DNA of 63,992 bases, counting the filler, from Reticulomyxa filosa (lineage: Eukaryota > Protista > Foraminifera), in NCBI GenBank assembly GCA_000512085.1. It is 13 parts of 13 records of this genome, joined end to end, with 100 filler letters (N's around TTAATTAATTAA, not from the genome) between each part and the next. Parts side by side here need not be neighbours in the genome. Positions count along the whole stretch, not along the records: positions 23,245 to 34,135 come from ASPP01005434.1; positions 34,236 to 39,475 come from ASPP01010056.1; 11 more parts are not named here. One strand, 5' to 3'. The position numbers were made by a program, and so were the translations under genes. Positions 23,880 to 36,647 of this stretch are shown here, piece after piece. The notes under the pieces were generated by a model that did not search any database, had not been told where the DNA came from, and saw only the letters and a list, made by a program, of their open reading frames with translations. Within the stretch, counting starts at the first letter, position 1; each line of letters starts with the position of its first letter.

Positions 23880-26800
23880 TCAATGTTCCAATGGATTAAT
23901 ATTAAGCTTTGTGCACATTGTTTTAAATAATTTTTGATATGACTCTTCTGCCTCTTTGTACATCAATTCTTCATCAATCTTATTATCACTTTCTTTTTTC
24001 CGTTATCATTATCTTCGTTTTCTTCATTTTTTTTCTCTTGTAACAATTGTTTCATTTTGGAAATGTTTTGAATTTTATTTCTTTTGATGATAAAGTCTTG
24101 TTTTTCTTTTTCTTTCTTGTAAAACACTTCGACTAAATGCTTTTCATTGTTTAAGGGTATTACAAAATTCAACGGAACTTCTAATATTCTCAAATTACCG
24201 TCCTCGTCTCCAACAGCAATTTGTTGAACTATCACATTTGTATCAAATGCTAAACTTCATTTTATTTTTTAATAAAGATAAACATACAACAAACACGAAA
24301 ATGAAGAGTTTGGTGAAAACACCATTGACGTGATTGCCACCGGTGTAATGGGGCAATTTGCGATCACTGGGGCATGAGTTTGGTCTAATAAATCCCAACT
24401 ATTTTTAAATAAATTCATTTGTTTAAGCTGAAAAATCAACAAAAATGAACAACATACATATCCATCGTTCCATCAATTTTAGCTGTGATGACCACAGCAG
24501 GACGAGTAGGTGACCAACATCCACAAGTAATATAAGCATGTGCACAAGGGCTTTGAAATATCAATGGATTCTGTTTTAATTTGGCAATAACACAAATTAA
24601 AACTTCTCAAAATAGCTTTTTCTGTTTTTGTTAGAACAAAAAAAAACTTAACATCACTCCCTAGTTGCCAAATACAAAAGGTCCAGTCTGCTACAGACAA
24701 GCAAATGTCATAACAATGTGGCGACATTTGTAAGTTTTGAACATACATGCAATGATAACGAAACATTTTGTCATAACCACGAGATATATTTTGTTCCAAT
24801 TGAGCAAAAGAACGCTCATCTTCTTTTACTTTTAATTCGTTCATTTGAAGAAAGGGGTTAGCAAGATCGGCTGAACTAACGCATTTTTCCGAGTTGTTGA
24901 GATGTATGCTACTAAATCTTTTGGCCAACTGTACTTCCAAAAATTCACTACACAATTGTGTATCATTGCGCTCGATTGCTTCTTTTTTGTCCAATACTCC
25001 ATATCTTAAAACTCCAATTTCACCTAACTATATATTTTCTTTTTTTCATTTCACTCAACAAACGGTATAACAAATTTTACCTGAGTCCCAAATATAATTT
25101 GTCCAACCAATGGAGTGTGAGTCATAACACATGCGAAAATATAATTATTTTTAGCTCCATTAGTTGACTCTTCATTGCTAGTGTTGTGAGTGGAGGGGTA
25201 TTCACCTGTTTCATTAAATTGCAAGATAGGATCTTCCAAATTGGTCTCTTCTTTACTGCTTTTCATTTCAGTGCTATTTTCAGAATTTTTTTCATCACCA
25301 AAATTGTTATGAGTATCTTCACTCATTTCACTGACATTAGCAACATTTTTGAGCAAAGCGTGATGGTCCAATTTTAAAGAGCCAATTGGAACCCATTTTG
25401 GCTCTTCTTTTTTCTTTTTCTCTGCATCTGTCAGTACAGGCTCAGCAATGTTCCAATAATACATCACTCCGTCTCCACTTAAGCTTATAAACTGCTCTTC
25501 TGATAACACTTTACGTTTTGATGGACGATTGTAAACATCTATATACTGCATGTCACCTTTGGCATTTATTATTATATCCTGAGAGAGCCAATGCACGTCT
25601 GTCACACTCTTGATATGGCTTTTGTCCACAAAGGACAGCATCTTTTTTTATTTTATTACATTTTCAAAATTGTTTAAAAAAATTTGAAACGAGAAGAAAA
25701 TGAATTTTTAAGAAAGTATTTTTTTTGGTTGAATTTGGGGACAAATGAAACTTTGGCAGGGATCATTGGAATGTTTTCATCTTTTTCATCATCATCAAAC
25801 CCCAATCGAGTATTTTTGGCAGCGGATTTGGTGATTAATTCAAACACATTTTTTTCCATCATTGATTCCTCGAAAGTGTCTGTTTTGTCTTGAGCGTCCT
25901 CAGTCTTTTCTGAGTGAGCGACAAACACTTCGTTCAATACTTTTTCAGAGACGGCTTCAATACCCGAGGAGAGTTGCACATCATCTTCAGTAGACTCTGA
26001 GTTGTTTTGTTGAGTGGATACACGATGGGGATGAGCCTTGCTGCCGTTATTGTTTGCAATGTATTGCCACGCATGTTTCAAATCCCATAGCACTACTTGG
26101 CCAGTTTCCAATCCTCCAATGATTAAATAGGGTTTGACTGGATGAAACCGAAACACCACAATATCATTTGGCGCAGTAAGTATCATTTGGGCTTTTAGCA
26201 ATACGTGATTCAGATTCCAGAGCAAAATGGTTGATGATCGGGATTGGTTCATCACATCGACGCGGGTATCAAATTGCATGTTTTCAATGCAAGCAATAGC
26301 GACAATATTATTCCTTTTATCGGGCATCCATTCCATGTGAGAAATTTTTTTATGTCGACTCCATTTCAGGTCGACGAATGTTTGTACTTCCTTGATCGTT
26401 TCGGTTTTGTTGCTGATATTTTCTTCTATTCTTTGGAAGGAACGGAATACGTTTTTGAATATATCCACTGTTGAGTTGTCTGTTAGCATATCTTCTAGCC
26501 TGTTAAATGAGTCAAAGGAAAAAGACGACCACAATTTATTTTGATACTGTGCAAAGTTTGGAGGCAGTTCCGAAAATGAAATTTTGCAATGAAAATAAAT
26601 TTAAACTCTTCAATGACTTTAAACAAAAATTGAGCTAATTTTTCTTGATTGTCAGTTTTGTAGCTCTTAATTTCGCCATTATTTTCTGAACTATTTTTTT
26701 CAACATCATGCTGTTGGTATCAACTAATAAAGATTGCGACAAAGGTTGGCCATTTTGTTCTGTTTTCATCTCATATCCTTGCTCTTTTTCTTTCATTTGC

Positions 26801-28269
26801 TCCTCAAAATCAATTTGACATATCTTGTTCATTTTGCGAATCCATTCAGTTTGTGTCATTTTTTCAAATGTCGTCCCTCCGACTTGACAACAAATTTCCT
26901 TTGTTTTTTTTACTATGTCACTCGATATGCTCATCACAGCCGGACGAATTTCTACAGTCATCCTATATAAATAAATTTAGACATATACATATATAATTGT
27001 GCCTTTGTACAGACACTCGCGTCTTGGCTGCTCAAATCTTAAGACCCTAAAGTGAGCTTTCGCCCTTCATGTTTCATTATGAATGAGCAAATCGGTGCTG
27101 CTTTTTTCACTCAAAAAGATAAACAAGAAAATCAGACCAAAGCATACCCATTAACATTTTCTTGATCACTGAATTGGTGTGGGCATCCAAACCCTCGACG
27201 GGGCCGAGAGTACCGAATTTTGATCTATACAATATTACTTTAGTTTGAAACAAAAAAACGCACTTTTGTTATTATGGCAAAACTGGTGGTCTAGTGTTTC
27301 GCATTTTTGTTTGTAAGATTTCTTTTTCGCCTAATCTTTTGGAAAACCACAACAACACATATGATTCAATTTTTTTTACTTTCAATGCATTAGCCTTTGC
27401 TGGAAAATGTCATAACTTCCTAAGTCTAACCATGGCCTGGGGATCAATGGCTGATGTAGTTTTGCAATTTGTTGTTGGATTCGCAGTTGTTCCTCTTCTT
27501 TTTTTTTTCTTCGAGCTCCTTGCGTTTTTGCTCTTCTTCATCAATTGCATTGTCGTGATTTTCTGATGAGTTATCGCTTTCATCCTTTTCGCCAATTCCA
27601 AGTTTCTGCGTTTTTTTAGCATGTTTTTTGGGTAAATGTTATTAGATTGATATCATTCATGTTTGCATATATTTTTATATATGTGGATAAATATTAGACA
27701 CTGAAACAAATCTACTTGCAAAAGTTTTTTTACATATTTAATGTATATATATTTTTTGGCTCTAAATAATGTAATCCTTTGCTCTCCTTGCAGAGACAGT
27801 TTTATTGTTCACAACTTGTTGCTGTTCTTGCAAGGTTTGCTGATTATAGCAGAAAAAAAAATTGCAATCCTTTTGAACAGTTTGGCCTGGATCCCAAACG
27901 AACAAGAATTTGTCTCCTTCAAAGCTTTGGAACACAGTCTTGAATGGCTCGAAAGCACTCATCTTACCCATAAATTCAATTTCTTCAATTATAAATGTTT
28001 TTTCAATATATTTGTGAGGGTATACGTCCAGTAATCCATCCCCCGCTTTTAATCCATATCTATTCAGCTCTTTGTCACTCAAGTATAAACAACCAATTCC
28101 AGGGTGCCTACTTTCTTGTTCTTTCAAGGAATTGGCTGCATCCGTAGCGACTGCAGGGTTTTTTTTCTTCACTCCTGTTTATGTTAAACTTTTATCTTCA
28201 TTTCATTTTTTCCTTAAGAAAAATGCTTTGAAAAAATGATTAACTCTTCACGTTTTTTGTTGTCGGCAT
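23880..28269 (-). CDS. DNAI3: Axonemal inner-arm dynein intermediate chain WDR63/IC140 (multi-exon; homopolymer frameshifts)
   Basis: N-terminal PHKYIEKTFIIEEI..SAFEPFK..FLFVWDP..NFF; RPWLDLGS; IKEVQTFVDLKWSRHKKISHMEW; FRFHPVKPYLIIGGLETGQVVLWDL; SHIKSVTDVHW; CLSVADWTFCIW; IAVGDEDGNLRILEVP. Confidence 0.8.
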
Positions 28270-29317
28270 CTTGTCAGATGTCAATACCAATTAAATAAAT
28301 TTTAAAAAATGCTCAGTTGATGACGTCACATTTTAATCGTTTCTATCGATATTCAGTAAAAACAACTCATGTTACGTATAAATCTTAATGGTTATGAACT
28401 TGTCCATCTTAAATTGTTAAGATATTCTTATAAGGTTAATTGGAATAATTTAGTTAAGAACACAATTTTACAATGAATCAACAAAAAAAGACACTGGAAA
28501 AAGATCCTTTGTTACTCGGCAGTCAAGGTGTATTTTTACCAAGAAAAAAGAACAATTTGTGCTTCATACCCTTGTTTGACAAGAAAAAAACTGTTTCTTG
28601 GATCTTTTGCTCCTGCAGTTTGTTACATGAAACACCTTTAGGAAAATATACATCGACAATAATGCTGACAGTCTGACGAAAACATAAAGTCATTACTGGG
28701 AATAAAATAATTTGTGCCAGTTTTTTTTAGTAAATCCCTTGTGGAAGTTCCTGAGAACTGCCGCAGCACAAAAAACTTTGACCAAAAAGTAACACTTTAA
28801 AATTGATCAAATATGAGAGGTTTTAATTACTTTGAAACAATTTCTACTAATTTATCGTGAGAAACAAGTTTACTATAACGGATGACAATAAATTCCAACC
28901 GAACAATAAAATAAAACAGATTATATTTAATTGTAAACTTGCATGCAATTATTGATTTAAAAGTAACTGCAATAAGCAATTTTTTTTGCATAAATTAAAA
29001 TATTTCTCACTTAGTCAAGTGTAGCTGTGCAAGGTGCAAGAACGACCAGTTGTAGTGGACGACAAAAAAAAAGACAAACACCAAACAAAATAAAGCACAA
29101 TAAGAAAAGCACGTACTACATGCACGAAAGGGGGGACAAGAAAAAGGGGTCGCTCATGCCAGTTTTTCAAAAGATTGGTTGTTCACTGAAACCATTTTGT
29201 AAGCTTTTTTAAAAAAGAAAGAATCCACTCTCACTTTTTCAAAAGGAAGGTCTTTTTTTTTGCCGCTCTTAGTTTTCTTCCTCCAAAGCTACAAAAGTTC
29301 AACACCCAAAAAAGCAG

Positions 29318-32300
29318 ATGGAAAAAGCAGACCACGATTGTCCAGTTCATTGGAATCAAGGTTCAAGATTGCCTCTGGTTTGTGAGACAACGCAAACTGC
29401 CAACGGGTGGCATAAGGAGTTGGAAAGCGTAAATCACTCATTAAAGCATAAGCAAATGAAAGCCGAGATTGAAAGCGCTGCACTCGAACCTCATCTGCAA
29501 CGCAATGACATTTTTCCAAGGACATGTGGAGCAATGGTTACCGATATGCATTTTGCAAATAACAGCAAAGACCAAGTACAAGAATAAGCTATTTTAAACA
29601 TAAAAAAAAATTTTTTTTGAGAAAGGGGTAGGGGGGGGGAGGGAACAGGCAATTATATACACATACATATACATCCATACATATATATATATATATATAT
29701 ACATATATATGTATATATATGTATATGTATATAATATATAAAGATGTTATGGAGGTCGTTAAGTATGCCAGACATATCAGAAACAATGACATTGAAAAGA
29801 ATGAATGAAGGAAGAAAAAATGTGGTGGCATATCATACAGTGCACAGCACGCCGCAAGGATATCGACACAATGGAGGTGATCTCCCACCCTTGGGCGTTG
29901 TATCTCCAAGAACTCCAAGTCTTTCGTTTGCGTCCATTCCAGCAACAAACCATGCCCTCATTACAAACACTAGCACTAATAATATCAACACTGACAGTGG
30001 TGATAGAGGAAATGAAAGGATTGGAGGCAGTGGACATGAATGGAAGATGTCATTTCAGGAAAGACCGACAATTGACTGCATAGATATCAATGCAAAGACC
30101 AACGCCTGTTCCAAACACAGTCGAAAGAGAAATTTGTCCAAAGTCCGAGAAGAAGCGGAGCCACAAGTGCAAAGGCAAGCGGAGCCTGAACACAAGAGCG
30201 GAGCCATGCCGCCTACCTCTTTTTGTCATGAACCCAAGACTAGAGCCAAGGCTAATGCACTTGTTCGTCATTTCAGTCTTGACGCGCCATTCTTAAGTGC
30301 TCCTCGTCCTTATCCTTCCTCCTCTCCATCCTCCTCTTCTCCTTCCTCCTCACCTTTTCAGAAAAAACTGTCTGCCTTTCCCGAGTCCAAGTCCCACAAA
30401 GACAACTTTCCTTCATTGACGTGGCATGCCACTGCACCCGTGCAAGGACAACTGGTTTGGAGTACCTCCTTATTTTCTTTGTTTTGTTTTGTGTGTGTGT
30501 GTGTGTTTGTGTTTATTGTGATCTGACCATAAATCATTGGTATTGTGCTATGATCAAATGCTGAACCAAGGAAAATTCAGCTATAAAGAAAAGACCTCGT
30601 TTCGACCATTGGGAGGTTTGCAAAAAAAATAAAATAAAAAATAACTTGAATTCCAAACTGGGCGAATTTTTTTTTTCTTTTCTTAAAAAAAAAAACCCTC
30701 ATTAGTAAAGAAACATACAAAATATATAAATGATATGTATACGTAATATGTATATTTGTACGCATATATATATATATATATATGCATGATATAAAGAACA
30801 CGGAAATGTTTCGAAGCTCGGTAGCGGCACTTGACGAATTTCGACTGAAACACGATGGTAAACTTCCCAGTATTCGTAGTATGCTCAAAATGTTCAAAAT
30901 CGGCTTTCCAAAGGCCCATGCCATTTTGAAGTATTATGCTTCCAAACGGGGACTGAAAGTTGAGCATTTTTCTTTTTGTTTACATCCGTTTTTCAGAGCC
31001 ACTTCTTTTTTTTTGTTTTCTTTTTAATATTTTTTCTTTTTACGCAGTTGTGCAGCTCTGTAATTGAAATGATGTTGCTATCTCCTTCTTTCTTCCTCTC
31101 CCTCCTCCCCCCCTTTCCTTCTCTTTTTCTTTCACAAACAGTATCCAGAGATCCTGAAAGCACCTAGAGCTCGTGCTGGCAAGAAAAAGGTATACGAAAC
31201 ATACAGCTTTTGTAGTGAACGAGTATACGTTGCTTCCGTATCAAAAATGTAGGAGAATAGAGTTTAAACAAAATAAATAAACATATATAATTGTTAGAAT
31301 GAAGAGAAAGCAAATGACGAGAATCGCATAGAAAATGACAGTACAATTCCTTTGCAAAACGGAGTGAGTTCGGAATTGGCAACAACGACAGAAATACCGA
31401 CGGAAAGAGTGGAAGTGGGCCCAAAGGAGAGCGAATCAAACGAAAATGAAATGCAACTAGAAAACAGCAGTAGTGAAAGTGTGGAGGAGACGGAGCATGT
31501 GGAATTGGAGTGTGTTGTGGATGACCAACGTCCTCCATCTTGGAGAAGGCCGTGGACCAGCATGCAATCCAATGTCAACAACACTACTGCCACACTCCAA
31601 ACGGAAGTGTTATCCCCTATGATGACCAAGCTGGTGAATGAAGATGGCAATTGCCTGCAAACAAATGTTGTAAGTTATAATCATGATGGACCATTGGTGA
31701 TAGCATCCAGCAACAACAACAACAACGATGGCAGTGGTGATAGTGACAGATGCTACACTCGACAAAGACAAAGGTTGGAGTCATTTCCTTTGAAGACCAC
31801 AATCACAAAACAGAGTCCGGACAGTTTGCAAGAGGTATATGATTGGATTAAACAATCGGTGCAAAATGTGATTGACAAAGTAAATCGCGGCGCTATCGAC
31901 GCATGGACGTCACAACAGCTGTCAGATAACATTCAAAGATTGGTTACCCCTTGTTGGAAGGCGGATGACGTTGCATTGTGTGTTGCTATGGGACGAGCTT
32001 TTTTTTGTGTTGGCAAGTTTGTATTATTCCAAGCCTTTTGCAAGCCATGTCGATACCTATCCACAAGCAATTCGGTACGTCAATCATTCCTTATTATTTT
32101 TCAAAAAGCAAGCGAGTTACAAAAAAGAGCCACAAAGCCAAGGCCAAAATACAAGTATGACGACAACAACAACAACAACGTCGGTATCGACAGCCAACAC
32201 TGCAAAGCAGTTTGCAAATGATCGTAGTGTCCCCTCGAAACCGAATAATTCTTTGATATCTACTACACATGCGACGACAACAACGGCATCCCCTGAAAAC

Positions 32301-32581
32301 GCACCATCTTCCTTGTTTTTCCAAAGTGACTGGGGACCATACTGGGAGTGTGTCTGTGAAGTATACATCTTGGGAGGCTTCATTTTGTTCGACCAAAGAA
32401 ATTGGGTACAGTCCTGTCAATACTTTAAGATTGCGCATGCATTGGCGGAGACTGGTTTGAAAAACACGCAATGCAGTTGCGTCAATAAATTGATTAAAAA
32501 AAAAAAAAATTATGTGTATATGTTTATATATGTAATACATATATAACAATCATATTGATCCTATCCTAATAAGACTAAGTA

Positions 32582-32626
<45 letters not shown>

Positions 32627-33704
32627 TATAAGAAACAGATAATGTAAATGAAGCCCACAACTCTCTTTGTTCCATTTTAAGTGCAGTGCAAGGATTGGGG
32701 CTGACATGTTATAAAATGCAAGATTACGACAATGCCAAAAAGTATGCTTTCAAATTGATAAATATTGTGACAACCTTAAACAAAAACGATTTCATTACGC
32801 CCGAAAAAACAAAAATGTTCAAAGAATTAAATGCCAGGATTTTCCATATTTCATGTTTGTTCCAGTTGGTATCGTCTCAACCACAATTGGTATGCAGCAC
32901 AGATTGAAAGAGAGGCTGGATACGTTTTTTTTGCACACGTACATATACTGACAAAAAAAATAATAAAAATAAAAAATAGAGTGGCTATGCAGAAGAGGAG
33001 CTACAATCTTTGTTTCGAGATGCTAACACCGTGTTTGGACTTCAGTCAGTCAGATTGATTAGCTTTCACGTTTCTCTTGGAAAATTGTTTGCGGGCTTGT
33101 TGAGATTTGAGAGAGTAACTCCACATTTTAACGCGGTGGAAAACATTCGAATCCGAAGTTGTAATAAAGCCAATCGAAGAAAAATTGGAGAAATGTTAAT
33201 GGAATTAGTTGAGGCTTGCTTAATCCAAATTCAAAATAATCGGCGCACGATATCGATTTCACATTTTTCCACTAGCAATGAAGTTGATTATTTGTACAAG
33301 TTTGTCAAAGAGTTACTTTCCACAGAAAGAGATTTGTCCAATGAATTTGAAGAATCTCCTGCAAAACAATCTTTTCGTCAGAATCGACAAGTTGTTATTA
33401 GCTCGCTCTTCAATGGTGGATGTTGTGTTTGGTAAACATTGGCTAATGAGCAAAATCCTAACACTTGCACCTATTTTGCCACTCTTTTTGTTTGTTTTTG
33501 TGAATAATTATAGAGGTGTATTGTGCGTGACATGGGTGAAGGTAATTCTCTGCTCGATCTTTTTGCTATTCACTTGTCAATGTTTATAAAAGTGGTAGGG
33601 AAGAAGTACAGTTTATGCAACTTTTGTTATACTTGGTTGATACGCCGAAACATGAGAGTAATGTATTTTTTTTTTACTTTATTAACTATCATCAGATTGG
33701 TTAA
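29318..33704 (+). CDS. Large multi-exon protein of unknown function: low-complexity N-terminus, short wHTH-like domain, C-terminal TPR-like helical region
   Basis: Chain of codon-biased + strand ORFs separated by AT-rich GT-AG introns; TPR-like segments (VQGLGLTCYKMQDYDNAKKY, FHVSLGKLFAGLLRF). 3' end approximate. Confidence 0.55.
32585..32621 (+). repeat. (AAT)n intronic microsatellite
   Basis: About 12 tandem AAT units. Confidence 0.9.
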
Positions 33705-34135
33705 AAGTAGTTATTGCTATCCATTTTGCTTTTTTTTAAGTTTAAATTGGTTTTATCCACATGCTGAAAAAGACATTCAACGATTGGAAAAATAAAAATT
33801 ATCAAAGGAATAATAGAGGTCAAGTGTGAACTATAAACCAAAAACTATTTAAGTGAGTAGGCTGCTCTTTCACAACAAAAATAATGACATTCTTGACAGA
33901 ATAACAAGCCAAGACGCAAAAAGTTAAAAGATAATTAATGTCTTTTGATGATGTACACAAGTAAAATAAACATGTGAGCATATAATTTTGTTTTTAAGAT
34001 GCTGATATAGACTTAACAGTCCTTTGTTCATTAAAAGGACTTCTCCTTTTAGACACGGTGATAGTGCCAATTTTTATAAGTTGACTTATTATAAACCACA
34101 CACTAAAACTATATCTTAAAAAAGCACAATTAAAA

Positions 34136-34235
34136 NNNNNNNNNNNNNNNNNNNNNNNNNNNNNNNNNNNNNNNNNNNNTTAATTAATTAANNNNNNNNN
34201 NNNNNNNNNNNNNNNNNNNNNNNNNNNNNNNNNNN
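34136..34235. other. Artificial contig linker
   Basis: N44-TTAATTAATTAA-N44. Confidence 0.99.
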
Positions 34236-34397
34236 AAACTTTTTGTATTCAAAGAGACGAACAAACAGAGCGTTTGCATTTATCGTGTTCCTTCTTATAT
34301 TTGGAGAAAAAGGGGAAAGAGGGAATGAGAAAAAAATTGAGATTATTTAACAATGAAAAGACAAAGTGTAAGAACACAAAAGTTCATTGAAAAATTA

Positions 34398-36430
34398 TTA
34401 CGTTTTGGTTAATGTTTGATTAAGCAACTTATCTCGAGCTTTTAAAATAACCATTCTGTGAATATTTTTGGTGATTTCGATTTCTTGCAACATTTTGTCA
34501 TCCAATACTTCCAATATCCCGCCATCAATAGCTTTAGTAAAATAAATAGACACATTGCATGCATATGTACATATCAGTTTGTAGCATTATAAAAAAAGGT
34601 CAGATGAACACATTTGACTGTTTTACTTCAAGTCACCGTTTTTTTCAAAAATAGCAGCATAGCCAATGTAAGCATCTCCTAACGACGAAATCCAGCGTAC
34701 ACAGTCTTGTTTGGTCCATTGAGCAATTGGACGAGATAAGATAGTAGTGGATCCAGTGTTTTTGTTAAATGAGTTGGATCGAGATAACGACGACAATGAC
34801 AACAATGTCGACTGAATAGTAGTATCATTATTGGTTTCATCGTCACGTTGTTGCGTTGACTCTGTCACAACATTGTTCATTTTTCGGTTTGAGTTGTCCT
34901 TCTCAATGGCATTGTTATTCGTTGCGTTGGTTGCGCCATTGGAACCTAACGCGACTGCATTTACATTAATGATTACAGTTGTATTAGTGTTAGTAGTGTC
35001 AACAATGGAATTGCGCTCATAGTGGATGCTATGATGAGGAGATTCATTTACATTGGAAAAACTATTGCTATTACTCGAGTTTTGCTTGACTGAGTTCACA
35101 TTGGCAACAGCATTTGTGTGTGATTTTACATCCTTTGCCAGTTCTTGCTTATTTACTTTTTCAACAAAAAAACGACCCATTTGGTGAGGTGTTTCAAGAA
35201 TTACGTCATCGTCCAAGCAAGAATCGGACTGACTTAGCTCCTCTTGAATGACTTCTGGCGAGTGTTCCGTGTCGTTCTTATTTGCCACACTTTCGCTCTG
35301 ACCTCCCAAAGTGCAATTTCGCACATTGTTTTTTTTTTTTTTTAAGGTGAGAGGAGGAGGTGTATGCATCACATGAGCATAACACATTTAGTTTTCAACC
35401 AATCAAAATCTGCAACGAGGGAAAGAGGGGGGGGGAGGGTAGGAGAAGGAGGAGGAAAAGGGAAAAAAGAAAGTTATTTACAGAATTGCATATACGTATA
35501 CACAACTTGAGATGTTCTCGATATTTTGAATCTTCCTAAAACCTTTGCTCCTTTCTGCAAGTTAAACATGTATGTGTACACATACAATTTTTTTTTTTTT
35601 TTTTTTTTTAAGCAATATGCATGCTATTAAACTTCCCCCTCATCTTTGTCCCATGGTTACAAAAAAAAAAAAAAACGTAACACTGTCAGTTGAAGCATCA
35701 ACATTGTGCTGAAAAGTTTCGTTGTCTTTGGGAATAGGTTGAATCCTGAAATAATACATATCGCAACCAATCAAACAAAATGATTATGTTTGAGTTTCCG
35801 CACAGTGTTTATTCCAAACGCTTGTAGAGATATATATATATATATATATATTTGTTTTGTTTTCGACACATTTGTTGTTACTAAGTTTTTACACAAAACA
35901 GGCTGTCTTCAAAAGTGGCGGCACGCTTTAATCGATCTACGACCTCTTGGTTGTACATTTGCTCAACTCGTGCTTGTGGACTAGTCATTGCCAATGGTGG
36001 ATCCATCAGTGCTTCTGATTCGCTGAACGACACTCTCATTTGTATTGTTTCAAACGCCTCACTCCCATCGTTGGAAAAGACCCTCCCCGTTCTACCGAAG
36101 TTTGGCAGGTCATTGAATGTCGTGGATGGTTCTATCTGAATTTGGTGTGAAACAATCTCCGTGATTGGTTGCGCTTCGCAAAACAAAACACATAAATACA
36201 TATACACATGTCTTTCTTTTTACAATAAATTTTTTCGCGCTTGGGTTTTGTGTTACAATATTATTTTTGTCTTCTTCTAATGAGTTATCACTTTGTATTC
36301 CATTGTTTTTTTCTGTGTCTACTATATCTATTTCAGAATTTTGAATGAGTAGGTTTGTTGACTTTTCTAGTTCTGTAGCATTTGCCAAAGATTCTATTGC
36401 TTTTTCTAATGTTGGGTGCGAATCTGTCAT
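34398..36430 (-). CDS. Low-complexity protein with C-terminal SAM domain
   Basis: PIAQWTKQDCVRWISSLGDAYIGYAAIFEKNG|..IDGGILEVLDDKMLQEIEITKNIHRMVILKARDKL* is a SAM consensus. Confidence 0.75.
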
Positions 36431-36647
36431 TGCGTTCTTCAGACGGAGACTTCGTTTTTCCCCTCTTTAAAAAATAAGAAGGCGAACGAGTAATACAGAG
36501 TTTAGAAGAAGTATCTCTCTCTCAATAGACCCAGGCAAAGTATTGAAAAGGAAATGTTTCTTGTTTTTTGCAGACAAAAAGTCCTACTTTGTTGAAATAA
36601 ACTCATTCTTTGTTAGATAAACTCCAAACAAAGCACAATTAAAAGAG

